The notes beneath the pieces are model-generated. The model saw only the letters and a program-made list of their open reading frames with translations, was not told the DNA's origin and searched no databases. From sequence record SRR2962707_777: a DNA stretch of 37,065 nt, one strand, 5' to 3'. Made by a program: the position numbers and the translations under genes. Positions 10,409-20,101 of the stretch are shown in pieces. Within the stretch, counting starts at the first letter, position 1, and each line of letters opens with the position of its first letter.

Positions 10409-11690
10409 ACTTTTCGTATTCAATTTTTTCCTTAAATAATCCCGATAAGTCTACAATAGAAATCTTACCCTTAACATTTTCCAAAATCCCTCTGAACTCA
10501 GCTGCTCCGTGAGTAATTACAATCACCTCCGAATGATCAATTAATGAATCATGAGAGCTAGCAATCAAATCGGATAAATGTGGAATCCTACTATTAATGA
10601 AATCTTTGTTGCTACCAATAAGTTTACTCTCACTTACTGCCTTATCCAGTATTTTAATATTAATTCCTTTTGAGAGGAGGTTTTCGGCCAAAATAACTGC
10701 TGGGCTCTCTCTCAGGTCATCGGTACCTGACTTGAATGCAAGCCCAAGAATTCCAACGTTCGAAGGTCTTTTTGAAAGAATAATATTTGTTGCCAAATCT
10801 ATTTGTGCCTGATTACTAGCAGCTAATGATGACAGAAGTGGAAGTGGTACATTATTCACCTTACCGAAGTAATCCAGAGCTCTTACATCCTTTGGTAAAC
10901 ATGACCCACCATATGCAAACCCTGGCTTCATATAGGCTTTTGATGTGTTTAATTTTTCATCTGAAACCAGTATATCCATTACTTTTCTGGAGTCAATATT
11001 CAAAAACTTACCCACTCTTCCAATTTCATTCGCAAAAGCAATTTTTGTAGCGTGCCAACTATTTGCAGCATATTTTACAAGCTCTGCTTCAGAAGACTTG
11101 GTTTCAATCACTGGGGCATCTATTGTTGCGTAAAGCCTCTTGACCATATCAATGCAAACTTGATCATCCGTTCCAATAATAGTATAAGGTGCTTCATCAA
11201 AGTCTTTTATTGCAGTTCCCTCTCTTAAAAATTCAGGATTGAAGCCCAAATACAAAGTCAGGTTTGGATATTTTTTTGAAAGCCTTTTCTTTATCTGCTC
11301 TGTAGTTCCTGGAAGTACAGTACTTCTGATAATAATCGTGTGAGATTTTTTGCTTTTGTTTGCTTCTTCTGCTATATCATCACACACCTTATTTACATAA
11401 CTCAGATCTAATGCACCATCATTTCTGCTTGGAGTTCCAACACTTATTAATGAGACATTTGACTTTGCTATTGCTTGGCTTAAGTCAACAGTAGCTATTA
11501 TTCTTCCATATTGAATTCCTTTTTTCAACAAATCAGTGAGGCCTGTTTCTATTATTGGAGGAATACCACTGTTAATATTTTCAACCTTATCCTCACTTAC
11601 ATCAACACCTATAACGTTAATTCCGTCACGAGCAAAACATGAGGCTGATACAATACCCACATAGCCTAAGCCAAATACACTTACTGTCAT
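10389..11690 (-). CDS. GDP-mannose 6-dehydrogenase-like (AlgD-like) nucleotide-sugar dehydrogenase
   Basis: SVFGLGYVG, FNPEFLREGTAIKDF, catalytic GFAYGGSCLPKD, LAFKSGTDDLRESP and C-terminal EGIAW resembling AlgD EGICW. Confidence 0.85.
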   Translation of the reverse strand: MTVSVFGLGYVGIVSASCFARDGINVIGVDVSEDKVENINSGIPPIIETGLTDLLKKGIQYGRIIATVDLSQAIAKSNVSLISVGTPSRNDGALDLSYVNKVCDDIAEEANKSKKSHTIIIRSTVLPGTTEQIKKRLSKKYPNLTLYLGFNPEFLREGTAIKDFDEAPYTIIGTDDQVCIDMVKRLYATIDAPVIETKSSEAELVKYAANSWHATKIAFANEIGRVGKFLNIDSRKVMDILVSDEKLNTSKAYMKPGFAYGGSCLPKDVRALDYFGKVNNVPLPLLSSLAASNQAQIDLATNIILSKRPSNVGILGLAFKSGTDDLRESPAVILAENLLSKGINIKILDKAVSESKLIGSNKDFINSRIPHLSDLIASSHDSLIDHSEVIVITHGAAEFRGILENVKGKISIVDLSGLFKEKIEYEKYEGIAW

Positions 11691-11697
11691 TAAATAT

Positions 11698-13593
11698 CTA
11701 TTTTATTTCAAAATCCAAATTGACGGGCAAAGATAATGTTTGACTTAACACAAGCGTAGAACTTTCTTGTTTTGTACCGAAATTCGGTGAATACCATCCT
11801 CCCTCTGAACCTCCTCTAAGAATTTGAACATTCATTTCTTGAGGAAAGAATAGATTTAAGTTCTGTAGAATGCTGCAGGTTTTGGAATCTAATATTTCTA
11901 TTCTAATCGCTGGATGAAAATGAAATCTAATTTCTATGTTTTTTAATCCATTGCCCACCAATGTATCCTTAACATTTAAGCCATCAGAAGACAAATGAAA
12001 TGTTCTTTTATGAATCACCCCATCCGCTTTGTACCCATCATGAGAAGCAGCAATATTGCCTGACTCCAAATCAATTTGGTGTATTTTAACATTTGCTCTC
12101 TTACCCCATAAGAATGGACCTAATTGTTCTGATTGATCATTCCCATTAATTAAAACTGTATTGTGTGCCTTAGTACCTCTAAAGTATTTCCTAAAGTGAA
12201 GATTATCATGATAAGAAAAAGTGCCTGCATCTACCAGAATTGGTTCATTATCAATTGACAAGGTAAATGAAAGTGCGTCAGCATGACCGTGCGCTGCAAG
12301 ACTACCCATACCTAACGGGCCAACATCTATCAAAGTCGAGAACTCCTTTGATCCCACATTCCACTTTGAACCAATAATACCTGCATCAAGAGAAATGAAA
12401 TTATCAATAGGCTTATAAGTGTCTAATTCTTCGGATGAATCCGCTCCATAAAGATATTGAGGTAAATTTTCTTTAATTTGGAATCTTGTATCTAAAAATT
12501 TATTTGAAAGTGCTAAAAGCCAATTCAGCCTGTCTGACTTGTAAGGTTGTATTTGCAAAGCCATTCCCTCATCTCCATCACCATAGTTAGGAAGATAGCC
12601 AACAATATTTCTCAGATTGTGACTAACCTTGCACATTTTACGAAGCACCTTCTTGCTTTGGATAGAGAATTGCGTGGGATCAGTCAGTAAACTCAGAAGC
12701 CCAAATTCTAAAACGAAAATTTGATAGGAGAAGGCAAGTTCTTTATTTAATCCATCTGAGTAAGTTTGCGAAAGCAGTTCTCTCTCAAGGATCTTCTTGG
12801 ATCGACTTAACCATTTTCTACTTTCTTTAAAAACAGGCCAATAGAATGAGCTTATGTACAATCCCGCCATTTCACCGATTAGATGATTATTTGCAGAGGA
12901 TCCTCTTGAATAGGTTTCTATAATAAATCTCTGATGCTCATAAATGCTTTTCCATAATATTCCATCTTCACCAAACAATTCCTCGAATTGATCAGAATCT
13001 TTTATAAAAAAGAAAATATAAACCCATGAAATTAGTCGAATGCCTTGTTCCAGTGGGTGTGTCCAATTTACACCCATCAAATACGGATTTTGATTTATCC
13101 AACTCCTTAATTGAGCTGAAACCTCTTTGGCATATTTTTCTTTTTTGGTTAGGTAATATGCCAAGGCAAGAACCGTCAAATGATGATGTCTGTTCTTTTC
13201 CCATGTATTCTTAATATTTCCAACCAACGACTCATCTCTGTGATTAATATCAAAGCCAAACCTCATAGGTGCAATTATTCTACTCAAAGGATCAGTGTGC
13301 CAGTCAATGGTATCTTCCTGAATATTTAAGCCGAAGAAAATCCATTTATGATCCAAGTAATGATCGGCTTCCTCTATTAACTGCCTTTTAAGAATTGAAT
13401 CAAACTTTTCAAGCGAGGCATCTAAAGGAGAACGATTCAAATCAATTTCCTCACGGTCAAACTTTGGATGGTAATTGGGTCTTATGTAGTTCCAAAACTT
13501 TCTTTTAACAAATTGCTCCATTCTATACAGAACCTCTCCAGGACTCATAGCAAGCAATCTATTAAATAGCCATTTAGCTCCTTTTGCGTTCAT
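11698..13593 (-). CDS. Heparinase II/III-family protein (alpha-barrel plus Hepar_II_III domain)
   Basis: WEKNRHHHL, W..QNP...GVNW, SANNHLIGE, HGHADALSF, LVDAGTFSY, FRGTKAHNTV, ASHDGY motifs; no signal peptide. Confidence 0.85.
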   Translation of the reverse strand: MNAKGAKWLFNRLLAMSPGEVLYRMEQFVKRKFWNYIRPNYHPKFDREEIDLNRSPLDASLEKFDSILKRQLIEEADHYLDHKWIFFGLNIQEDTIDWHTDPLSRIIAPMRFGFDINHRDESLVGNIKNTWEKNRHHHLTVLALAYYLTKKEKYAKEVSAQLRSWINQNPYLMGVNWTHPLEQGIRLISWVYIFFFIKDSDQFEELFGEDGILWKSIYEHQRFIIETYSRGSSANNHLIGEMAGLYISSFYWPVFKESRKWLSRSKKILERELLSQTYSDGLNKELAFSYQIFVLEFGLLSLLTDPTQFSIQSKKVLRKMCKVSHNLRNIVGYLPNYGDGDEGMALQIQPYKSDRLNWLLALSNKFLDTRFQIKENLPQYLYGADSSEELDTYKPIDNFISLDAGIIGSKWNVGSKEFSTLIDVGPLGMGSLAAHGHADALSFTLSIDNEPILVDAGTFSYHDNLHFRKYFRGTKAHNTVLINGNDQSEQLGPFLWGKRANVKIHQIDLESGNIAASHDGYKADGVIHKRTFHLSSDGLNVKDTLVGNGLKNIEIRFHFHPAIRIEILDSKTCSILQNLNLFFPQEMNVQILRGGSEGGWYSPNFGTKQESSTLVLSQTLSLPVNLDFEIK

Positions 13594-14723
13594 TTATCTA
13601 AAATCGCTTTAATCCCCCTGGCAAAATTTATGGCCATATTTTCAACTGTCAATGAAGAGATTGTCTTCCAAACATTTTTTTTCTTAGCAATCAATACCGA
13701 AGGTTTTTCATATAAAGACAAAATAAAATCAGCATATGTTTTTTCATCTACTGACTGATCTAAAATGAATGAATTTTCCTCAGATAAATAGTCGAATTCT
13801 GGCTTATGCCATTCCCCATCAATAACAACCGGAACCAAGTCAAAGCACATGGCATGTAATACACCGAGACCTACATATCCAGGATAAATATATAAATCAC
13901 AATCTTTATAAATTTCTGCTAATCTATGGTGATCTGTAACATAACCAAGCGGTTTAATGGGGAGCCTTTCGGACAAATCATTAATTTTCTTTTCAATTTC
14001 ATCGGATCCTACTCCAATAATTATCAACTCAAACGAACTATCAATTTTGTGAATTCTTTCAAATGCAGACAGTAAGAAGTCAATTCGCTTAGATTTTGTT
14101 AATCTCCCTGTAAATACCAACTGTTTGCTGAGTTTTACATCACTCTCTTTAACAGTCATAAAACACTTTCTAGCACTTAGAACATCAATGGTGTTTTGAA
14201 CGTTGCAAATCTTAGTACTTGGAATATTCTTGGATTCCAAATATCTCACGACACTCCTCGTATAAGCAAAAAAACCACTTCCTATCTTCACCAGTCTTAG
14301 CTTAATCTTCTCTAATAGCTTCCTTTTAATAGAATGATCACCAGGATTATTCAAATCTCTTCCATGTCCCCAAAAAGCCACTTTTTTCCCAATGAGCCTA
14401 TATAAAATGAGAAGTGGGTATGACAAATTGTTAATTGCATTCTCAGCTATTATAAGATCATACTTCCAACAGGATAAAAGAAACGTTTGAATGCAATATT
14501 TTGAGCCCCTAAAGAATATAGTATCAGTATAATGAACATTGAAATCGAATGAATTAAAATCAACATTCTCTTTAAAAAAGACAGCTCTCTTTTCTTTGTT
14601 TCTTTCTTCGACCACATATAATTCAACCTCTGGCCCCAATTGAGTTTTCAGTGAATTGTAGAAATCAACCCGATAATGGGGGATTGTCGATTGGTGTGCA
14701 ACTAAAACTTTATAGGTTTTCAA
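13590..14723 (-). CDS. Glycosyltransferase family 4
   Basis: TTG start; IPHYR, FWGHG, FTGRLTKSKRIDFL, YIYPGYVGLGVLHAM. Confidence 0.85.
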   Translation of the reverse strand: MKTYKVLVAHQSTIPHYRVDFYNSLKTQLGPEVELYVVEERNKEKRAVFFKENVDFNSFDFNVHYTDTIFFRGSKYCIQTFLLSCWKYDLIIAENAINNLSYPLLILYRLIGKKVAFWGHGRDLNNPGDHSIKRKLLEKIKLRLVKIGSGFFAYTRSVVRYLESKNIPSTKICNVQNTIDVLSARKCFMTVKESDVKLSKQLVFTGRLTKSKRIDFLLSAFERIHKIDSSFELIIIGVGSDEIEKKINDLSERLPIKPLGYVTDHHRLAEIYKDCDLYIYPGYVGLGVLHAMCFDLVPVVIDGEWHKPEFDYLSEENSFILDQSVDEKTYADFILSLYEKPSVLIAKKKNVWKTISSLTVENMAINFARGIKAILDK

Positions 14724-14726
14724 AAA

Positions 14727-15668
14727 CTAGTATCCAATTCTATATCGAACTTGATCAAAAGTAAATTTTAACCTCGAAAAGATAGAGTTCTTTTCAGAGA
14801 ATCGATTTCCTATAAATAATGTTGCCAGCACATCCTGAATTACACCTATTATTTTCTCAATCTTGGAAAGTTCTCTTTTTGAATTGGCTAAACTGATTTT
14901 ATACCCAAATTGAGTTAGGGAGTCAAAGGCTATCTCTTCTATTCGCTTAAGCCTCGCCGGCTTCATTCGAAGCTTCCATTTCTCTTTGTTTTCAGCAATC
15001 AACTCCTTCCCGTAATTTATTTTTCCATCCAGAATTTTATCTTGGTATATATGATGACTTAGCATTCTCGAGCTCCAAGCAACACCAAGAAACAGGCAGA
15101 TATCTTTGGTAATCCTTTCTGGTGATGTTACAAGATCTTCAAATTTCACAAAATGAACATCATCTAATACATCAACCTGCATTCTTTTGTCCCATTTATG
15201 AGCAGTTAACAACATATTCTTTCCCCACTTTTTACTCCAGGACAAGGCGACATCTCTTATGTCCCTCACAACGATCAAGAACTTTGCTGAGGGAAAATAG
15301 GTCTTAAGTACTTCCATATTCTCTGTATTTTGTGGAGTTTTATTCCCCCAGACTCTTTGTCCCCTTTTATTGAAAGCCACCTTAAAAAAACTTTCAATGG
15401 AAGAATCTTCTAAATCGTGGTACACGACCTGATCAACCGCTTCAAGATTCGACCAAATATCATATTTACTAACTGCCTCGCGTAAATCATGAAAGTTGTC
15501 CAACGATGACAACTTGAATTCTGGATCAAAGCCATATTGACCAAGACGATATAAAAATGGCATTTCACCATTGATGTAAATGTCAGGATGGGCATTTAGA
15601 ACGTTCTTCATTAAGTCAGTCCCACCGCTTGGGAAACCCCCTATGAATACCAGTTGACGCTCTCTCAT
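14727..15668 (-). CDS. Sulfotransferase (Sulfotransfer_3 type)
   Basis: VFIGGFPSGGTDLMKNVLNAHP (5'-PSB-like), WGNKTPQN, IVVRDIRDVALS (3'-PB), VKFEDLV. ATG at 15668 or TTG at 15695. Confidence 0.8.
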   Translation of the reverse strand: MRERQLVFIGGFPSGGTDLMKNVLNAHPDIYINGEMPFLYRLGQYGFDPEFKLSSLDNFHDLREAVSKYDIWSNLEAVDQVVYHDLEDSSIESFFKVAFNKRGQRVWGNKTPQNTENMEVLKTYFPSAKFLIVVRDIRDVALSWSKKWGKNMLLTAHKWDKRMQVDVLDDVHFVKFEDLVTSPERITKDICLFLGVAWSSRMLSHHIYQDKILDGKINYGKELIAENKEKWKLRMKPARLKRIEEIAFDSLTQFGYKISLANSKRELSKIEKIIGVIQDVLATLFIGNRFSEKNSIFSRLKFTFDQVRYRIGY

Positions 15669-15799
15669 AGTTAAGGTTTTCAAAATTATTCGCAATTCTC
15701 TTTTTCAAAACTCATGATGGGTAAGCCTTTCCCATTCACTAACAAAATTGATAACATCATTTGTATTTATTCCATTTAATAATATTCATAATACTTATT

Positions 15800-16627
15800 T
15801 CACTTCATCCAATACCCAAAAATACGACGTGAGAGTCCCATAAAAAGGTAAGGAAGGAGGTAAAGCTTTGGGCAATGCCTCCAAGCAAAGACCACAAATT
15901 TCAATATACTGGCACCCCCTTTGATCCCGAATAAATGATTGTAGTAATTTTTAAGAGATTTCACTTTTCGATTTTCTTTATCTCCACTTGACTCTGGAAA
16001 AATAACCAAATGGGCATCCAAACTACAATAAATCTTATAACCTGCCTTTCGAACCCTATGAGTGAAATCGAAATCCGCTAAATATTGAGGAAAGTTTTTT
16101 TCATCAAACATTCCAAACTCCATAAATGTCGCTGTAGGAACTAGCATGCCTCTTCCGGGGAAATGAGTCACTTCCACAAAGCCTGATGAATCATTTCTGT
16201 TTTTTAATTTTTCTGGCTTGCCATTTAACCAATTCATTCTCTCCCCACTGAAAATCCTAACTCCATTGGAGTTAAATGCCGAACTTCCAATTATTTTCTT
16301 CTCTGCAGGTGATATATTTTTCACCATAATCTCAAGAAAATCAGGAGGTGGTATTGTGTCATTATTAAGAGTAAGAACGTAATCTGCTTTGTCTTCAATA
16401 GCTCTTTGAATTCCAATATTGGTACTTTTTGTCCAGAAAAAACTCCCATCACCCTTGATTATTTCAACATCAGGAAAATTTTCCTTTACCACATTAGAAG
16501 TTCCATCAGTTGAGCCATCATCAATTAATATAACATGAAAATCTTTTATTGTTTGATTAGTCAGGCTCTCTAAACATTTCACTGTATACTCTAGGCGATT
16601 GAATACCGGTATTACTACGTAAATCAT
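15800..16627 (-). CDS. Glycosyltransferase family 2
   Basis: VVIPVFNR, IDDGSTDGT, LNNDT, FPQYLADFDF. Confidence 0.9.
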   Translation of the reverse strand: MIYVVIPVFNRLEYTVKCLESLTNQTIKDFHVILIDDGSTDGTSNVVKENFPDVEIIKGDGSFFWTKSTNIGIQRAIEDKADYVLTLNNDTIPPPDFLEIMVKNISPAEKKIIGSSAFNSNGVRIFSGERMNWLNGKPEKLKNRNDSSGFVEVTHFPGRGMLVPTATFMEFGMFDEKNFPQYLADFDFTHRVRKAGYKIYCSLDAHLVIFPESSGDKENRKVKSLKNYYNHLFGIKGGASILKFVVFAWRHCPKLYLLPYLFMGLSRRIFGYWMK

Positions 16628-16646
16628 TAAATAGATTCTGAAAAAA

Positions 16647-17411
16647 TTACTTCGTGCAGAAATAGATTACTTCTGAGCTGTCGAATCCAAATCTTTCAAT
16701 CTCCTTCTCAGTAAATTTTTTAACAAAAGTGTCCTCCTTTACTAGGAATTTACCTTCAATAAGACGCTTTCTGTAATCGAGTCCATATCTTCGAACATGA
16801 TCTGCCTGGCCAAAAGCTTTATATCGCTCCTCAGGAGTTTGTATTGAAAAATCTTCATATGTTTCATTCGTTAAGGAATTAATGGGAACTTGCAAAATGC
16901 CCCATCCACCTTTTTTAAGAACTCTGTTAAGCTCTCTAATAGCTTTCTTATCATCAGGTACATGTTCAAGGACATGGTTGCATAATATAGCATCAAAGGA
17001 GTTTTGCTCAAAGGGGAGATTAGTAACATCAGCTTGAACTACTTCACCAATATATCTCTTAGGTTGTAAATCACTTGGGATATACTCAATCAAATTCAAT
17101 GTTTTAAAAATGCTATAAAAAAAAGGCTCAGGTGCAATGTGTAAAAGCTTTATCTTCTCATCTCCCTTTAAGAGTTTATTATCCTCTATATATTTCCATA
17201 ATAATCTATGTCGTTCAAGTGACCCACAATGGGGGCATTTAGCATTTTCTCTTGAATGGAGTCCTGATTTTAGGAATTTTGAAAAATTCTTATTACAAAC
17301 ATGACAGTACACTGAGTCCCCCTTAAAAATCACTTGATTTGCGAGCGACTTCAACCTCTTTACAAATAATCGTATTGGATTTGGTAGTAATTGTTTAATA
17401 AATCTCTTCAT
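16647..17411 (-). CDS. Class I SAM-dependent methyltransferase with N-terminal CxxC..CxxC
   Basis: CHVC/CPHCGSLERHR, LHIAPE, DVTNLPF, FDAILCNHVLEHV, RVLKKGGW. Confidence 0.85.
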   Translation of the reverse strand: MKRFIKQLLPNPIRLFVKRLKSLANQVIFKGDSVYCHVCNKNFSKFLKSGLHSRENAKCPHCGSLERHRLLWKYIEDNKLLKGDEKIKLLHIAPEPFFYSIFKTLNLIEYIPSDLQPKRYIGEVVQADVTNLPFEQNSFDAILCNHVLEHVPDDKKAIRELNRVLKKGGWGILQVPINSLTNETYEDFSIQTPEERYKAFGQADHVRRYGLDYRKRLIEGKFLVKEDTFVKKFTEKEIERFGFDSSEVIYFCTK

Positions 17412-17414
17412 ATC

Positions 17415-18686
17415 CTAGAAATCACATCCACTAGCTTTAACTATTTCATCGTAGCGATCTTGAACAAGATTCAATAAGCTCTTTTTAATTATTGAATGAT
17501 GATTAGCGAGTGAATCATACATGGCTCCCCTTAAATTACTCAAATCTGCATCCTTAGTAATATAAGCAAAGTTACCATTCTCACTAATGTTAATAGCAAG
17601 ATCTACATTACTAAAAACATAAGGAGTAGTTTGAATAAATAAATTATTGGACAGGCTAATATTTTCGGCTGGTTCATTATGTCCATTATGAGCAAACCTA
17701 TTTTTACCAAAGTCAACTGAAAAATCGACCGGATCAATAACAATGTTTTCTTCCAAAATAATGTTAGTAGCAGGTGTGTATAAGGCTGAATCCAAATCGC
17801 CAAAACCTAATTCAAGTCCATATTCGCGAGGATTTATGATATAATTTTTAATGATTTTGTGGTTCTTGCCATATATTCTAATTCCTCCAGATTTTATTAT
17901 AAAATTCCCTTCTATTATGGAGCCAAATCCTCTTCTGAGAGTAATATCACCTCGACTATTTTCGATTACATTATTTCTAATAATATTATGGGAGCTTTTT
18001 ACACTAATAACTTCAGACCCATCACCCCGATAACGATTGATGTAGTTATTCTCTACTATAGCTCGCAATTTAACAGTATCAAATTTCGAATTATTGTTGA
18101 GTTGTACAACCTCACTTGAATTTAGGGGAGACCGTGGAATGATATCAAACCGATTATGATCAATCCTATTATTATAACAACCTTGAGGATTGATGATCCT
18201 GACGCATCGAAACAATGAATTCTGCCAAGTATTATGATCAATCCTATTATCTGAAGAGTTGTTTTGGATGACTACAATACCACCAGATTGACCATAAACA
18301 CCACAGGAGTCGAACTTGTTATTATATAAGCGAGCACCTTTTACATTAGTTAAATTAATAACCGGCCTATTTTCATTCTTAATAAATGATAGTCCCTGAA
18401 TAAAAGTATATTTACCCGAAACAGTAATACTCCCATTGAAAACGACTTTTCCTGGTGTCTCTGCCATTACAACGATGGGCTGATCCTTTGAACCGTTTCC
18501 ATTGATATTAAGGGGTTCATTTGGATAAATCCCATTTTTAATCACAATGGTATCTCCAGCTTCAGCACTGCTTACATGCTTTTCAATTTGAGACAAATCT
18601 TCTACGTAAGTTTGAGCTTTCAAACTAGTGAAAGGAAGGATGATTATGAACGCTGAAAAAAAATGAATCAATTTAGTACTTTTCAC
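17415..18686 (-). CDS. Secreted PL6/chondroitinase B-like right-handed beta-helix protein
   Basis: GTG start; signal peptide ending LKA-Q; GDTIVIKNGIY, PIVVMAETPGKV, repeated NRIDHN; SEVISVKSSHNIIRNN...GDITLRRG..IIEGN matches the PL6 catalytic region. Confidence 0.8.
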   Translation of the reverse strand: MKSTKLIHFFSAFIIILPFTSLKAQTYVEDLSQIEKHVSSAEAGDTIVIKNGIYPNEPLNINGNGSKDQPIVVMAETPGKVVFNGSITVSGKYTFIQGLSFIKNENRPVINLTNVKGARLYNNKFDSCGVYGQSGGIVVIQNNSSDNRIDHNTWQNSLFRCVRIINPQGCYNNRIDHNRFDIIPRSPLNSSEVVQLNNNSKFDTVKLRAIVENNYINRYRGDGSEVISVKSSHNIIRNNVIENSRGDITLRRGFGSIIEGNFIIKSGGIRIYGKNHKIIKNYIINPREYGLELGFGDLDSALYTPATNIILEENIVIDPVDFSVDFGKNRFAHNGHNEPAENISLSNNLFIQTTPYVFSNVDLAINISENGNFAYITKDADLSNLRGAMYDSLANHHSIIKKSLLNLVQDRYDEIVKASGCDF

Positions 18687-19344
18687 TAGGAGGAATTTTA
18701 TTGCTGAATAAATCTATATTTTCCCTTATCCATATCAGATCATTATCCCACCAATTTTTGAGTTGACCTTGTGGCTTATTCCTGAATTTGATAGTTCTTG
18801 CAGGAACCCCAGCCACAACCGCATAAGGAGGAACCTCTTTGGTCACAACAGCTCCAGCTCCTATAACCGCACCATTGCCAATTACAACACCATCTAAAAT
18901 TATGACACGAGATCCTACCCATACATCGTGACCTATTGTGATCCTCTTAGTCTGGTCGACTAAGTCAATATTTCTGAACTTCAAACCTATTTGGCTATTG
19001 GAAGAATAGAATATGGGATGTGTTGATGCAAGGTCAATAGGGTGATATCCTAAACCAATGAGAATATCCTGGCCCAAGGAACAGAATTTACCAATATCTG
19101 CATTCCTAATCTTACTATTCTTAGATACATAGCTACAGTCGCCAATTTTTGAATTTGAAACATTGACATAATCTTTCAATGTAACATAATAACCTAAATT
19201 CGATTTATTAACCTTTGAATATTGACCGATTTGCCAATGCTTTCCTTTATTTCGAATGAGTATAAAAAAAGTTTTAATGCTCCAAAAAAACCACTTAATA
19301 AATGGAGTCCTGAACAAGTGTCTTACAAAAAACTTAAAATTCAT
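18673..19344 (-). CDS. Hexapeptide-repeat O-acetyltransferase (CatB/XAT-like)
   Basis: IGKFCSLG, STHPIFY, TIGHDVWVGSRVIILDGVVIGNGAVIGAGAVVTKEVPPYAVVAGVPAR. Confidence 0.88.
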   Translation of the reverse strand: MNFKFFVRHLFRTPFIKWFFWSIKTFFILIRNKGKHWQIGQYSKVNKSNLGYYVTLKDYVNVSNSKIGDCSYVSKNSKIRNADIGKFCSLGQDILIGLGYHPIDLASTHPIFYSSNSQIGLKFRNIDLVDQTKRITIGHDVWVGSRVIILDGVVIGNGAVIGAGAVVTKEVPPYAVVAGVPARTIKFRNKPQGQLKNWWDNDLIWIRENIDLFSNKIPPSEKY

Positions 19345-20101
19345 AGCCTAATGAATGAAAGTAGCAACTTGCGTTGTTCCTTATGTAATTTAATTGTTCT
19401 TTATTATAGACGTCCTTCCATTGATTAAGACTAGCATTCCTAATGAAATTGAAATCTTTATCAAATTTCTTTTCATATGGAGTGCCCTTTTCTGAACTCA
19501 CTTTTTTCATACTTTGAGGGCTTGAATTATGAATTGCTGTCTCTAAAACTTTATCACTGATTTCAAGGTTAAGTTTTTCAAAAAATTCCTTAAACAATGG
19601 TTTAGATGCTTTCATCAAATCTTCATATTTGAATATCATCATTGCACGTTCATAATAATTTTCAAGGTGAAGATTCAAGGCATGGAGTCCATACTTAGCA
19701 TCTCGTATAAATACATCAAATTCACTAGGTGCATCCCGATATCCTAAATGTGCTTTTGTAAAATGATAGTAAGAAATTAATGTATCGCGAGGGTCTCTAA
19801 CTATATAAAGAATGCCTTTCGAATTTTGAAATTCTTTTCGGTAGAGATCATGCGTTTTGATAAACTTGGGAAAACCTTCATATTTCCAAGAATTAAAAAA
19901 ATTCTTCTTACCAATCTCTGGGAGAATTCGCTCTAATAGAAAATAGTCAGCAGACCGCCCCTCTTTTACATTCAAAATCACATTCGCCAACACCAATCTA
20001 GTAAATGTATTGCCTACCTTAGGATAGGATATAATCATTACGTCTCTTTTGTTAATAAAATAAGGTTGAATCTTTCTGAAAACTCTATTTATTAAAGGCA
20101 T
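19334..20101 (-). CDS. Sulfotransferase (Sulfotransfer_1 type)
   Basis: DVMIISYPKVGNTF (5'-PSB), FIKTH, YIVRDPRDTLISYYHF (3'-PB), KYEDL, FIR.....QWK. Confidence 0.87.
   Translation of the reverse strand: MPLINRVFRKIQPYFINKRDVMIISYPKVGNTFTRLVLANVILNVKEGRSADYFLLERILPEIGKKNFFNSWKYEGFPKFIKTHDLYRKEFQNSKGILYIVRDPRDTLISYYHFTKAHLGYRDAPSEFDVFIRDAKYGLHALNLHLENYYERAMMIFKYEDLMKASKPLFKEFFEKLNLEISDKVLETAIHNSSPQSMKKVSSEKGTPYEKKFDKDFNFIRNASLNQWKDVYNKEQLNYIRNNASCYFHSLGYEF

Noticed and set aside
18673-19344. Antibiotic-resistance acetyltransferase (catB/vat)
   Set aside because: Same fold, but overlapping neighbours in a glycan cassette favour a sugar O-acetyltransferase.
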